Assembly: GCA_040218735.1 (NCBI GenBank)
Contig: JAVJQW010000038.1
Span: forward strand, 96,001 to 160,000
Reading direction: 5' to 3'
Origin: Deltaproteobacteria bacterium
Lineage (GTDB): Bacteria; Myxococcota; Kuafuiibacteriia; Kuafuiibacteriales; Kuafuiibacteriaceae
Length of the DNA stretch: 64,000 nucleotides
The notes beneath the pieces were generated by a model. That model searched no databases. It saw nothing but the letters and a program-made list of their open reading frames with translations, and was not told where the DNA came from. Of this stretch, positions 54,810 through 64,000 are shown one piece after another. How positions within the stretch are numbered: position 1 is the stretch's first letter; every line of letters begins with the position of its first letter. The translations under genes were made by a program, and so were the position numbers.

Positions 54810-57230
54810 TCAGTACAAGTCATACGACCCCGAGATCGCCGCCTCGTTCACGGCCCCCGCGACGGCATCCGCCAACGCCTTCAGCGGGCCGCTCCCGCCG
54901 CGGCGATCCGAGATGCTCACGTTCGTGCACACCGCGACGTTGATCTGCTTGCTCCCCGTCCCGAAGTAGTCCTCCTCGAACTTCGCGACGTACGTCGTGC
55001 CGCCGCCGAGGCGGCCGTTGTGCGCGAGCTTCTTCCCGGCGCGGTCCCAGCCGTGCGCGAAGCTGCTCTTGCCCGGGTACGGCCGGTCCTCCATCAGGTC
55101 CAGCGTCGCGCCCGACAACACGTCCGGGTGGTTCGTCTTCTGGTCCGTGCCCAGCATCAGCCGCACCAGATCCCCGGCGCTCGCTTTCCACCCGCCGGCG
55201 GCCAGGCCGAGGTTGTTCGTCGAGTCGCCGACGTACGCCTCGGGGAGCTCGTTCACGTAGTTGTGCCGGTGCATGTCGATCGACTGCTGCCCCTGGCTGT
55301 GCTCGCGGATGTTCAGACCGAGCGGGTTGATGATGTAGTTGAGCGCGTAGTTCCTGAACGTCATGCCCGAGCGCTCCGCGACGATGTGGCCGACGAGGCC
55401 CGCGCCGTGGTTGCTGTACGACTCGGACGAGCCCGGCGCGAACTTCAGCTTGCGCGTGCGCAGGACGTACTCGTGCACGTGCTGGTAGTCGAGGTTGTCC
55501 TCCGACGTGTTGAACATACGCTCCGCCCCGACCACGTCACCGCTGCGCGAGAAGCCCGAGGAGTGCGACATCAGGTGGTCGACCTTCATGTCCTGGTAGT
55601 ACGCGTTCCAGTCCTTCGAGCCGTCGAACGCGTAGCCGGGGATCGTGTAGTTCGCCGGGCCCGCGTAGTAGTCGAGGTTCCGGCTCGTGCCGCGCGTGAA
55701 CGTCCCGTCGCTGTAGAACGCGTAGACGCGGCTGTTCGACTTCGCGATGCCCATGCCCGAGATGAAGTAGGGCGTCTTGCCCGGCGTCGTGCTGTACGTC
55801 TGCGGCGCGATGTCCGCGTCGAAGTCCGTCGCCGTCCCAGCGCTGCGCCGACCGTCGTCGTACCAGACGTAGAGCGAGCCGCTCGGCGCGAAGTCCATCC
55901 CGACCACGTGCGACATGCTGTAGCCGCTCGGGAGCGACACCTTCACGTCCTCGTCGCGCTCCGTGTACTGGTCGAGGTTCCACGTCGTGCCGATGCTGTA
56001 CGTGCCGTCGTCGTAGTACGCGACCACGCGGCTGTTCGGCCGGATCGCGATCCCGCGGATGTCCTCGACCTTCATCCCCGGCGGCAAAGAGTAGTTGTAC
56101 GGCGTGCCGTAGTAGTCCGGGTCGTAGCTCGTGCCTTCGCTCACCGTGCCGTCGTGGTTCCAGGTGTAGACGTGGTCACTCGGCGCGATCGCCTTCGCGA
56201 CGATCGGCTGGTGGCGCTCGACGCCCTGCGTGTACGCCGACGTGTAGATCCAATTCGGCAGCGCGCCGCCGAAGCCGTAGAGCGGCATGCCGACGTCGAA
56301 GCTCGTGGTCTGGTGCAGGTGCATCGCGGAGAGCGCGGTGATGACCTTGCTGACGCTGCCGATGCGGCACCGCATGTCGTCCTGCATCCGCGTCCCGTTC
56401 GTGAAGTTGCCGAAGCCGTAACCCTTCTCCGCGACGACGCGCCCGTTCTTCGAGACCGACACCCCGAGACCGGGGAGGCGGTAGCGCCGGAGCACGTCCA
56501 TCGCGGCCGCGTCGATCTCGTCGGCGATCGAGCTGAACGCCGCGCCGAGCTCGACGTCGTGGTACCAGGCGTACACGCGGTCGTTCGAGCCTGCGATGCC
56601 GATGTCGATGATGTGGCCGATCTTCTTCCCGCTCGGCACCGAATAGGTATAGGGCGCCGAATAGTAGTCGAGGTCGCGTGACCAGCCGGCGCTCACGGTG
56701 CCGTCCGAGTAGAACGCGTAGACCCGATCGTTCGAGCCGGCGATGCCGATGCCCACGATGTCCGAGACGACGCGCCCGGGCGGCAAAGTGAACGGCTGCG
56801 GATCCTGGTAGGCGCCGAGGTCCTGCGACCAGCCTTCGCTGACGGTGCCGTCGGCGTACCAGGTGAACACGTGGTCGTTCGAGCCCGCGATCGCCATCGC
56901 GACGATGTCCCAGTAGTCCTTGCCCTCCGGCAGCACGTAGTCGGTGAGGCCCGAGTGGTACTGGAAGTTCTGGGTCGTTCCGCTGGAGACGTGCCCGTCC
57001 GCGTACCAGACGTAGACGTGGTCGTTGCTGCCGGCGATCCCCATGCCGACGATCGCGCCCTGGTCGCTCGCGGACGGGTAACCGACGAGCGCGCTGGAGT
57101 ACGCCTGCCCGAGGTTCCAGGTGGTCCCGGCGCTGACGTAGCGCTGGGAGTGCGCCGCGTCGGCGTTCGACGCGCACAACGACGCGACGCCGACGAGGGC
57201 GGTAAAGAGTTGGGTCTTGGTGAGTTTCAT
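54810..57230 (-). CDS. secreted beta-lactamase-fold serine hydrolase with two blocks of ~49-aa repeats
   Basis: Signal peptide; SVSK (SxxK), LMSHSSG, YSN, HNG; repeats of I..I.IAGSND.VY.WY.DG.VS.G. Confidence 0.88.
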   Translation of the reverse strand: MKLTKTQLFTALVGVASLCASNADAAHSQRYVSAGTTWNLGQAYSSALVGYPSASDQGAIVGMGIAGSNDHVYVWYADGHVSSGTTQNFQYHSGLTDYVLPEGKDYWDIVAMAIAGSNDHVFTWYADGTVSEGWSQDLGAYQDPQPFTLPPGRVVSDIVGIGIAGSNDRVYAFYSDGTVSAGWSRDLDYYSAPYTYSVPSGKKIGHIIDIGIAGSNDRVYAWYHDVELGAAFSSIADEIDAAAMDVLRRYRLPGLGVSVSKNGRVVAEKGYGFGNFTNGTRMQDDMRCRIGSVSKVITALSAMHLHQTTSFDVGMPLYGFGGALPNWIYTSAYTQGVERHQPIVAKAIAPSDHVYTWNHDGTVSEGTSYDPDYYGTPYNYSLPPGMKVEDIRGIAIRPNSRVVAYYDDGTYSIGTTWNLDQYTERDEDVKVSLPSGYSMSHVVGMDFAPSGSLYVWYDDGRRSAGTATDFDADIAPQTYSTTPGKTPYFISGMGIAKSNSRVYAFYSDGTFTRGTSRNLDYYAGPANYTIPGYAFDGSKDWNAYYQDMKVDHLMSHSSGFSRSGDVVGAERMFNTSEDNLDYQHVHEYVLRTRKLKFAPGSSESYSNHGAGLVGHIVAERSGMTFRNYALNYIINPLGLNIREHSQGQQSIDMHRHNYVNELPEAYVGDSTNNLGLAAGGWKASAGDLVRLMLGTDQKTNHPDVLSGATLDLMEDRPYPGKSSFAHGWDRAGKKLAHNGRLGGGTTYVAKFEEDYFGTGSKQINVAVCTNVSISDRRGGSGPLKALADAVAGAVNEAAISGSYDLY

Positions 57231-57298
57231 GCCGGCGGCACATTCCGAAAAACGTGCCAGCCGACTTGGTGGGCGCGCGCGGCGTGAACCGGCGCGGT

Positions 57299-57318
57299 GG
57301 ACAGTCCGCGGACTGTCC
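57299..57318. promoter_or_regulatory. perfect 20-bp palindrome (operator/enhancer or terminator)
   Basis: GGACAGTCCG|CGGACTGTCC. Confidence 0.6.
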
Positions 57319-57335
57319 GGCGTTCAGCTACGCGG

Positions 57336-59360
57336 TCACCAGATCTTCACGCGCTGGTCGGGCGCGCGGTACAGCTCGTCGCCTTCCTTCACTTCGAAGG
57401 CCTCGTAGAACTCCGGCATGTTCGAGAGGATGCCGATGACGCGGAAGCGGCTCGGCGAGTGCGGGTCGACCACGAGCCGCCGCTCCAGCTCCGCGTCGCG
57501 GTACTTGCGGCGCCAGATCTGACCCCAGCCGAGGAAGAAGCGCTGGTTGCCGGTGTAGCCGTCGATGACCGGCGCTTCGCCGCCCTCGAGCGAGAGCTGG
57601 TACGCGCGGTACGCGATCGTCAGGCCGCCGAGGTCGCCGATGTTCTCGCCGAGCGTCAGCTCGCCGTTCACGGTCTTCCCCGGGAGCGCCTCGTACTGGT
57701 TGTACTGCTCGACCATCAGCTGCGAGCGCTTCTTGAACTCCTCCGCGTCCTGCTCCGTCCACCAGTCGACGAGGTTGCCGTCGCCGTTCGACTTGCGGCC
57801 CTGGTCGTCGAAGCCGTGCGAAAGCTCGTGCCCGATGACCGCGCCGATCGCGCCGTAGTTCACGGCGTCGTCCGCCGCGAGGTTGAAGAACGGCGGCTGG
57901 AGGATCGCGGCGGGGAACACGATCTCGTTCATCACGGGGTTGTAGTACGCGTTCACCGTGTGCGGCCGCATGAACCACTCGTTCTTGTCGATCGGCCCGC
58001 CGAGGTACGCGATGCGGCGGTCGTGCTCGAACGCCTGCGCGCGCATCGCGTTGCCGAACGCGTCGTCCGCCTTCACTTCGAGCTTTCCGTAGTCACGCCA
58101 CACGTCCGGGTAGCCGATCTTGGTCGTGAACTTCGACAGCTTCTCCTTCGCCTTCTTCTTCGTCTCCGGGCTCATCCACTCCAGCGACTCGATGCCGCCG
58201 TCGAACGCACGGATCAGGTTGGCGACGAGCTCCTTCATGCGCGCCTTCGCCTCCGGCTTGAAGTGCCGCTCGACGTAGATCTTCCCGAGCGCCTCGCCGA
58301 TGTGCGCGTCCATGATCTCGAGCGCGCGCTTCTCGCGCGGGCGGATCTCTTCGACGCCCGACAGCGCCTTGCCGTGGAACGCGAAGTGCGCGTCGACGAA
58401 CGCCTTGGGGAGCAGCGTCGCGTAGTCGTCGATGACCGCGGCCTTGAGGTACATCTTCCAGTCGTCGAGCGGGACCTCTTCGACCGCCTTCGAGACACCC
58501 TCGAAGAAGCTCGGCTGACGCACGATGACCGCCTCGGGCTTCGGCAGCTTCGTGCCCTCCGCCCACGCGGCCCAGTCGATCGCCGGCGCGAGCGTGCTCA
58601 GCTCGGCGAACGTCTTCTTGTTGTACGTCTTGTCGCGGTCACGGCTCTCGGTGCGCGTCCACGAAACCTCCGCGAGGCGCTTCTCGAGCGCTGAGACTTG
58701 CGGGCGCGTCGACGCCGCGTCGGCGCCGATCGCCTGCGTGAGGAGCGTGTCGAGGTACGTGTCGAACGCGGCACGCGCGGCGTCCATCTTCTCGCCCTCC
58801 TTGAAGTAGTAGTCGCGGTCGGGGAGGCCGAGGCCGTTCTGCGTGAGGTACCCGATGTACTGCGTCGAGTTCTTCGCGTCCTGGTTGACGTAGAACCCGA
58901 GCGGGTTGCGGACGCCGACGCGCTCGAGCTTGCCGAACATCATCGCGAGGCCCTTCTTGTCCGCGATGGCGTCGATCTCGGCGAGCAGCGCCTTCACGGG
59001 CTCGAGGCCTCGGGACTCGATCGTCTTCGTGTCCATGTACGCCGTGAAGTAGTCGGAGATCTTCTTGGCGTCCGGCGAGTCGGAGACCTTGCCGGCGGCG
59101 ATGTCGTCGACGATCGCCTTGAGGTTCTTCTCGGACTCGTCGACGAGCACGGTGAACGAGCCGTAGTTGCTGCGGTCGGACGGGATCTTGGTCTGGTCCA
59201 ACCACTTCTTGTTCACGTGCAGGTAGAAGTCGTCCTGCGGCCGAATCTCGGCGGTGACGTCGGCGTCGACACCGGAGATCAGGTCGCCGTGGCCGTTGCC
59301 GTTTCCGGACGTGGCGCAGGCGAAGAGAGCGGGGAGCGCGAAGAGCGTGATTCGTCGCAT
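57336..59360 (-). CDS. M13 family (neprilysin/PepO-like) metallopeptidase lipoprotein
   Basis: PQDDFY, VNAYY, GHELSHGFD, GENIGD, HSP..FRV; lipobox LFAC. Confidence 0.95.
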   Translation of the reverse strand: MRRITLFALPALFACATSGNGNGHGDLISGVDADVTAEIRPQDDFYLHVNKKWLDQTKIPSDRSNYGSFTVLVDESEKNLKAIVDDIAAGKVSDSPDAKKISDYFTAYMDTKTIESRGLEPVKALLAEIDAIADKKGLAMMFGKLERVGVRNPLGFYVNQDAKNSTQYIGYLTQNGLGLPDRDYYFKEGEKMDAARAAFDTYLDTLLTQAIGADAASTRPQVSALEKRLAEVSWTRTESRDRDKTYNKKTFAELSTLAPAIDWAAWAEGTKLPKPEAVIVRQPSFFEGVSKAVEEVPLDDWKMYLKAAVIDDYATLLPKAFVDAHFAFHGKALSGVEEIRPREKRALEIMDAHIGEALGKIYVERHFKPEAKARMKELVANLIRAFDGGIESLEWMSPETKKKAKEKLSKFTTKIGYPDVWRDYGKLEVKADDAFGNAMRAQAFEHDRRIAYLGGPIDKNEWFMRPHTVNAYYNPVMNEIVFPAAILQPPFFNLAADDAVNYGAIGAVIGHELSHGFDDQGRKSNGDGNLVDWWTEQDAEEFKKRSQLMVEQYNQYEALPGKTVNGELTLGENIGDLGGLTIAYRAYQLSLEGGEAPVIDGYTGNQRFFLGWGQIWRRKYRDAELERRLVVDPHSPSRFRVIGILSNMPEFYEAFEVKEGDELYRAPDQRVKIW

Positions 59361-59409
59361 TGCGCCCTTGCAGACGACGGATCACCCCCGACCGTCAAGA
59401 AGTAAGGGG

Positions 59410-60255
59410 TCACGGTTCGGTCACGGTGAACGTATCGCACCGTTCGTACTGGCCCGTCTGCAACCCGCGACGGAACCACGCGACGCGCTGCGCCGAAGTT
59501 CCATGGGTGAAGGTCTCGGGCGCAACGGTGCCACGCGCACGTTTCTGCAGGCGGTCGTCACCGATCGCCGCGGCCGCGCGGAGGCCCTCTTCGACGTCGC
59601 CCTCTTCGAGCAGCCCGCGCTTCGCGGCGTGGTGGCCCCAGACGCCGGCGTAGCAGTCGGCCTGCAGCTCCTGTCGGACCGACAGCGCATTCGCCTGCGC
59701 CTTCGGCAACGTTCGTTTCTTCGCGTGCACCTGGCGCGACACGCCGGTGAGCGACTGGATGTGGTGCCCGACCTCGTGCGCGATGACGTACGCCTGGGCG
59801 AAGTCTCCGGGCGCGCCGTAGCGCTGCGCGAGCGCGTCGAAGAACGACAGGTCGATGTACACCTGGTTGTCGCCCGGACAGTAGAACGGGCCGACCGCAG
59901 CGCTCTGGAGCCCACACGCCGACTGGACGCGGTCGCGGAAGAGCACCAGCTTCGGATCGCGGTACGTGTCGCCGCGCTGCGCGAAGAGGGCGCGCCACGT
60001 CGTCTCGGTGTCACCGAGCACCACGCGGACGAACTCGGAGGCCTCGTCGCGGACCGCGGGGGTCGAGGTGTCGCGCGGTGCGGGCGCCTCGGTGCTCACG
60101 ATGGACAACAGCGTCGAGGGCTCCACGCCGAGGTAGAGCCCGACGATGACGACGACGATCGCGCCGACGCCGCCGATCAACGGTTTGCCGCGCCGTCCGC
60201 CGCCGCCGCGCCGATCGATGACGTTGTCGCTCCGACGTCCGCCTTGCCACTTCAT
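59410..60255 (-). CDS. neutral zinc metallopeptidase (YpfJ-like)
   Basis: RRSDNVIDRR, GPFYCP, AHEVGHHIQ, ELQADCYAG, FTHGTS. Confidence 0.92.
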   Translation of the reverse strand: MKWQGGRRSDNVIDRRGGGGRRGKPLIGGVGAIVVVIVGLYLGVEPSTLLSIVSTEAPAPRDTSTPAVRDEASEFVRVVLGDTETTWRALFAQRGDTYRDPKLVLFRDRVQSACGLQSAAVGPFYCPGDNQVYIDLSFFDALAQRYGAPGDFAQAYVIAHEVGHHIQSLTGVSRQVHAKKRTLPKAQANALSVRQELQADCYAGVWGHHAAKRGLLEEGDVEEGLRAAAAIGDDRLQKRARGTVAPETFTHGTSAQRVAWFRRGLQTGQYERCDTFTVTEP

Positions 60256-60307
60256 CGGCGCGGGATGTTGGTCGCAGCGGTCGACGGGAGCAACCCCGGC
60301 GACTCCG

Positions 60308-60348
60308 CTTCGACGCGACTCACTTCGACGCGACTCACTTCGACGCGA
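60308..60348. repeat. 15-bp tandem repeat (about 2.7 copies) spanning a stop codon
   Basis: CTTCGACGCGACTCA x2 + CTTCGACGCGA. Confidence 0.85.
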
Positions 60349-63184
60349 GCGCCCGGGTGCCGTCGAAGACCCACAGGACACCCGCGCTCTCCAGCGCCGC
60401 GATGTGCGCTTCCGCCCGAACGACCTTCGCGAGGGGGCCCAGCTCGACGCGACCGGAGAACTGGCGACGCATCAGATCGTACGCCGTGAGCGACGCCCCG
60501 TGGTGCGCCCACACGATCGGCCGCTCGTCCGCGGCGACGACGTAGAGCGCTTCGACGTCTTCCGGGAGGGAGAGCAGCGTGGTCAGCCGTCCGCGCACAA
60601 CGTCGAACAGCCGCACCTGTTTGTCCGTCGCGTAGACGAGGCCGCGGTTGGTCGCGGTGACGAAGCGCATCGGCTCCTCGCCGCGCGTGACCTTCTTCCG
60701 CTCCTCCCCGGTCGTGACGTCGAGGACCCACAGGGCGTCCGCGAGCACGAGGACGGCGGCGTCTTGGTCCAGGTGGCCTCCGACGATCGGGACTTCCAGG
60801 TTACGCACGAACCTGCGCTCCCCGGTGGTGCGATCGAGGACCTGCACGAGGCCGCCGTCCGTCGCGAGGAGCACGTGTTTCGCGTCGGCGTCCAGGAGCT
60901 TCTGACCGTCGTCGACGGTCTGCGTCCAGGTCGTGGCGCCGCTGTCGTCCGCGATCGACACGACGTTGTCCTTGCGCAGGAACAGCGTCGCGCCGACGAC
61001 CGCCGGATCGAACGCGGCGGCGGGCTTCACTTCCTTCCCGCTCGTGGGCGACCAGAGCTTCTTGCCGATGCGCACCGCGGGGCCCGCGCTCTCGACCTGG
61101 GCGCCGAGCTTCTTGGACCACAGCGGCTTGTTCGGATCGGCCGCACGTCGCGCGACGATCGCGTCGCCTTCCTTGGTGATCAGGACGCCGCCCGCCGCGG
61201 CGACGTCCGTGATGGTCTGAGCCGGCCGAACGAACGCGCTCAGCCCGATGCGCTTCGCGAGCGCCTCCCGCGCGTCGTTCTGCACGACGTCGTAGCGCGG
61301 CGCGGTCGTCATCACCGTGCGCCACGCGTTGACGACGTCCTGCGTGCGGCTCGATGCACCCGCGAGGATCGCGGCGGCGTCGAGGTTGTCGCGGTCGCGC
61401 TCGAGGACGTCCTCCGCGATGCGCTGCGCGACGGTGCGCTGGCCGAGCGCGAGGCGACACCGCGCCGCTTCGAGGCGCACTTCGCGCAGCCACGCCGCGG
61501 GGCGCGGATCGTAGCCGGAGGGGAGGCCGTACAACACGCCGGCTTCGGTGAGCGCGGCGCCGCCCGTCTGTTCGTAGGCGACGTCGACGATGCGTTCGTC
61601 GAAGGAGAGGCTCGTGATGCGCGTGCCCTTCTTTCGGTCGAGCACGATCGCTTCGTTCTTGACCGCGCCGACGACGACGTCGCCGTGCGTCGACAGCGAC
61701 GCGACCTCGCCGCTCGTGCGCGCAGACCACGTCGCGTTGCCGCGCAGATCGCGCGCGACGATCGCGTAGGGGCGCGCCTGCCGGTGCAACACGCCGGAGT
61801 AGTCGCGCAGCGTCACGATCGGCGGGAGCGCGCCGACGAGGATCCGGCCGATCCCGTTGGGGCGCTTCGGATCCACGTACGCCACCGCGGGCCGGCGCCG
61901 GTAGGTGGCGGCGACGACGAGCTGCTCCGCCACGACCGCGGGGGGCCACGCCGCACCGACGAACGCGCTGGTGCGGAACAGGACGGCGGGCGGTTCGGGC
62001 TGCAGCTGGACGATCTCGTCGCTCCCGACCAGCGCCCACACCGCGCCGAGCGGCGTGACGGTGAGCGGCGCGGCGAGCTCGTCGCCGACGTCGATGCGCC
62101 GCAGCTCCTTGCCGGACGTGTAGTCGAGGAACAGGACGAACGGGCCGGCGGGGATGGCGAGCTCCCCGCCGACGAGCACCGGGCCGCCGACCGGGGTGAC
62201 GAGGGGATCGGTGCGCCACACGATCTCACCGTCGTCGTCCGCGATGCCGAGGATCTCCTGGCGCGTCGCAACGAACAGGCGTCCGCCGCGCACGGCAATC
62301 TCCGGCGCGGGGGAGGGGAGGTCGTGCTGCCAGGCGATCTTGCCGGTCGCCGGGACGATCGCGATCAGCGCGCTCTCGGTCGCGGCGATCAGGTGGCGCC
62401 GCGTGCGGACGAGCGTGGGCTCCGCGGCGCCGACTTCGACGCGCCACCGCTCTTGCCCGGTGAGCAGATCCATCGCGACGAACGCACCGGCTTCGAACGC
62501 GGTGACGATGTCGTCGATGACCTCCAAGGAGGACGGGAGCGTCTCCTCGGACGGCGGCGCGCGGCGCCACACCGGTGCGAGGGCCCCGCGCTCCAGCGCG
62601 ACGATCGTGCGGTCGAACGTCGAGACGGCGCGTCGGCAGTCACCGGCGGCGGCGCGTGCGCTGGCGATCGCCCAGTCGACGAGGAGTGTCCCGCCCCGTC
62701 GTTTTTCGTCGGGCGCGATGAGCGCCGGGATCGTCCGGCCGACGGCGGCGCCGCTCGCGTCGTAGGCGGCCTTTGCGTCGCCCTTGCAGGCGGCGTCGAT
62801 CGCGGCGTCGTTCGGGACGCCGAGGGCTCGGGCTTCGAGGAGTGGCGGGGCGCTCTTCGGCCACGCGGCGCGTAGCGCTTCGGCGAGCGGTGCGCCGCCC
62901 TGCGCGGGGGCGGTCTTCTTCGTCACGCCGTCGGCGTGGGCGACCTCGACCGTGACGCCGTCCTCAGTACGGCGTGCGACGATAGCGACGGTGGCGGCGA
63001 GGCGTTCGCGCGCCGCGTCGAGCTTCTCGTCCTTTTCGAGGGGGCCGCGCAACAGGCGCAGGCCGTCGGTCAGGTCGACGACCGAGGCGACGCGCGCTTG
63101 GGTCGCGCAGTGCTCGGGGACGTCGGGGACGAAGACGACGGATACCCCGGTCGCCGCGAACAGGGTCGCAAGCCAAGCGCTCAC
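60335..63184 (-). CDS. PQQ-like (BamB-like) beta-propeller protein with TPR-like linkers
   Basis: Repeated D..TG...W motifs (TGQERW, TGKIAW, DGEIVW); start uncertain (open to 63220). Confidence 0.75.
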   Translation of the reverse strand: MSAWLATLFAATGVSVVFVPDVPEHCATQARVASVVDLTDGLRLLRGPLEKDEKLDAARERLAATVAIVARRTEDGVTVEVAHADGVTKKTAPAQGGAPLAEALRAAWPKSAPPLLEARALGVPNDAAIDAACKGDAKAAYDASGAAVGRTIPALIAPDEKRRGGTLLVDWAIASARAAAGDCRRAVSTFDRTIVALERGALAPVWRRAPPSEETLPSSLEVIDDIVTAFEAGAFVAMDLLTGQERWRVEVGAAEPTLVRTRRHLIAATESALIAIVPATGKIAWQHDLPSPAPEIAVRGGRLFVATRQEILGIADDDGEIVWRTDPLVTPVGGPVLVGGELAIPAGPFVLFLDYTSGKELRRIDVGDELAAPLTVTPLGAVWALVGSDEIVQLQPEPPAVLFRTSAFVGAAWPPAVVAEQLVVAATYRRRPAVAYVDPKRPNGIGRILVGALPPIVTLRDYSGVLHRQARPYAIVARDLRGNATWSARTSGEVASLSTHGDVVVGAVKNEAIVLDRKKGTRITSLSFDERIVDVAYEQTGGAALTEAGVLYGLPSGYDPRPAAWLREVRLEAARCRLALGQRTVAQRIAEDVLERDRDNLDAAAILAGASSRTQDVVNAWRTVMTTAPRYDVVQNDAREALAKRIGLSAFVRPAQTITDVAAAGGVLITKEGDAIVARRAADPNKPLWSKKLGAQVESAGPAVRIGKKLWSPTSGKEVKPAAAFDPAVVGATLFLRKDNVVSIADDSGATTWTQTVDDGQKLLDADAKHVLLATDGGLVQVLDRTTGERRFVRNLEVPIVGGHLDQDAAVLVLADALWVLDVTTGEERKKVTRGEEPMRFVTATNRGLVYATDKQVRLFDVVRGRLTTLLSLPEDVEALYVVAADERPIVWAHHGASLTAYDLMRRQFSGRVELGPLAKVVRAEAHIAALESAGVLWVFDGTRALASK

Positions 63185-63260
63185 GACGTTTGGGTAACAT
63201 CGACGGGTGACGGCTGCCACAGGTGAAATGCACCGATGGACCCGCTAGTGTAGGGGGCAC

Positions 63261-64000
63261 ATGCGCTGGCCCGTCGCGTCGGTTCTCATCGGCCTCGTTC
63301 ACTTCATCTCGTTCGACGCTTCCGCCCACTCCGCGACCTTGGTCGCGGCGCAGGGCGAGGTCGCGGTGCGCGCGCCCAAGGCGTCGCAGTTCGCGTCGGT
63401 GGCTTCGGGGGCGACGATCACGTCCGGCTCGCGCCTGAAGACCGGCGCCAGCGGGAGCGCGACGCTGAAGTTCGCGGACGGGACCGAGACGAAGGTCCGA
63501 CCGAAGACGCAGATCATCGTCCGCGCCGCCAAGAAGGAGGAGAAGAGCGGGCTGACGGTCTTCTTCGGCCGGGTGTGGACGAGCGTCGTGAAGCGGGTCG
63601 GCGGCGACACGGCCTTCGAAGTGCACTCCGCGAACGCGGTCGCCGGTGTGCGCGGGACCGAGTTCGAGGTCGGCGTCGCGGACGACGGATCGACGCGGGT
63701 GATCGTGACGCGCGGGAAGGTCGACGTCGGGGGCGACGGCGAGAAGGGGCCGGTGAACATCGCGGCGGGCTTCGAGATCGAGAGTGGGCCGCAGGGCGGC
63801 CTCGCGCGGCGCCGCAAGGCCAAGCGCAACGCGAACTGGGAGGGCTGGTTCGCGAAGCGCGCGAAGGTGCTCGTGAAGCGCGGGACGAAGGTCGCGAAGA
63901 ACCTCGATGGTCGACTGAACCGGCGCAAGGCGAAGCTGGAGCGGTTGCTCGGCGAGCAGCGTCAGCTCCGCGATCGGATCGTGGCGCTGGAGCGCAAGCA
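63261..64000 (+). CDS. FecR-domain secreted protein (truncated by window end)
   Basis: Manual translation: signal peptide, LKTGASGSATLKFADG, AVAGVRGTEFEV. Confidence 0.8.
   Translation, partial: MRWPVASVLIGLVHFISFDASAHSATLVAAQGEVAVRAPKASQFASVASGATITSGSRLKTGASGSATLKFADGTETKVRPKTQIIVRAAKKEEKSGLTVFFGRVWTSVVKRVGGDTAFEVHSANAVAGVRGTEFEVGVADDGSTRVIVTRGKVDVGGDGEKGPVNIAAGFEIESGPQGGLARRRKAKRNANWEGWFAKRAKVLVKRGTKVAKNLDGRLNRRKAKLERLLGEQRQLRDRIVALERK

Noticed and set aside
54549-56681. + strand ORFs encoding poly(ES) or poly(IRVR)
   Set aside because: They are translations of the hexamer tract and run antisense to the real hydrolase gene.

Overview
High-GC bacterial chromosomal window, probably Myxococcota (MYXO-CTERM tail, Pkn-type kinase, DAG/RDGG linkers, many lipoproteins). 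About 53 tightly packed CDSs. Housekeeping: lon, gluQ, proBA, folK, nfi, PduO-type adenosyltransferase. Also a complete sigma54-dependent RNA-repair locus (rtcR / rtcB-rtcA), an isolated PomA/PomB-like stator pair, two hybrid histidine kinases, and many secreted peptidases, beta-propeller proteins and adhesin-like proteins. I recognised no rRNA, tRNA, CRISPR array, transposase or integrase. Best leads: (i) a 20-bp hairpin with a cUACGg tetraloop between rtcB and rtcA, followed by an uncharacterised lipoprotein and a convergent endonuclease V; (ii) a secreted serine hydrolase whose catalytic domain is split by a 4-repeat propeller-like insert; (iii) -10 boxes 6-10 nt from start codons across the window, suggesting leaderless or near-leaderless mRNAs; (iv) the orphan Na+-type stator; (v) an intergenic (CCGAAT/CCGAGT)n tract. 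All product calls come from motif recognition by eye, not database searches. I cannot claim a confirmed new system.
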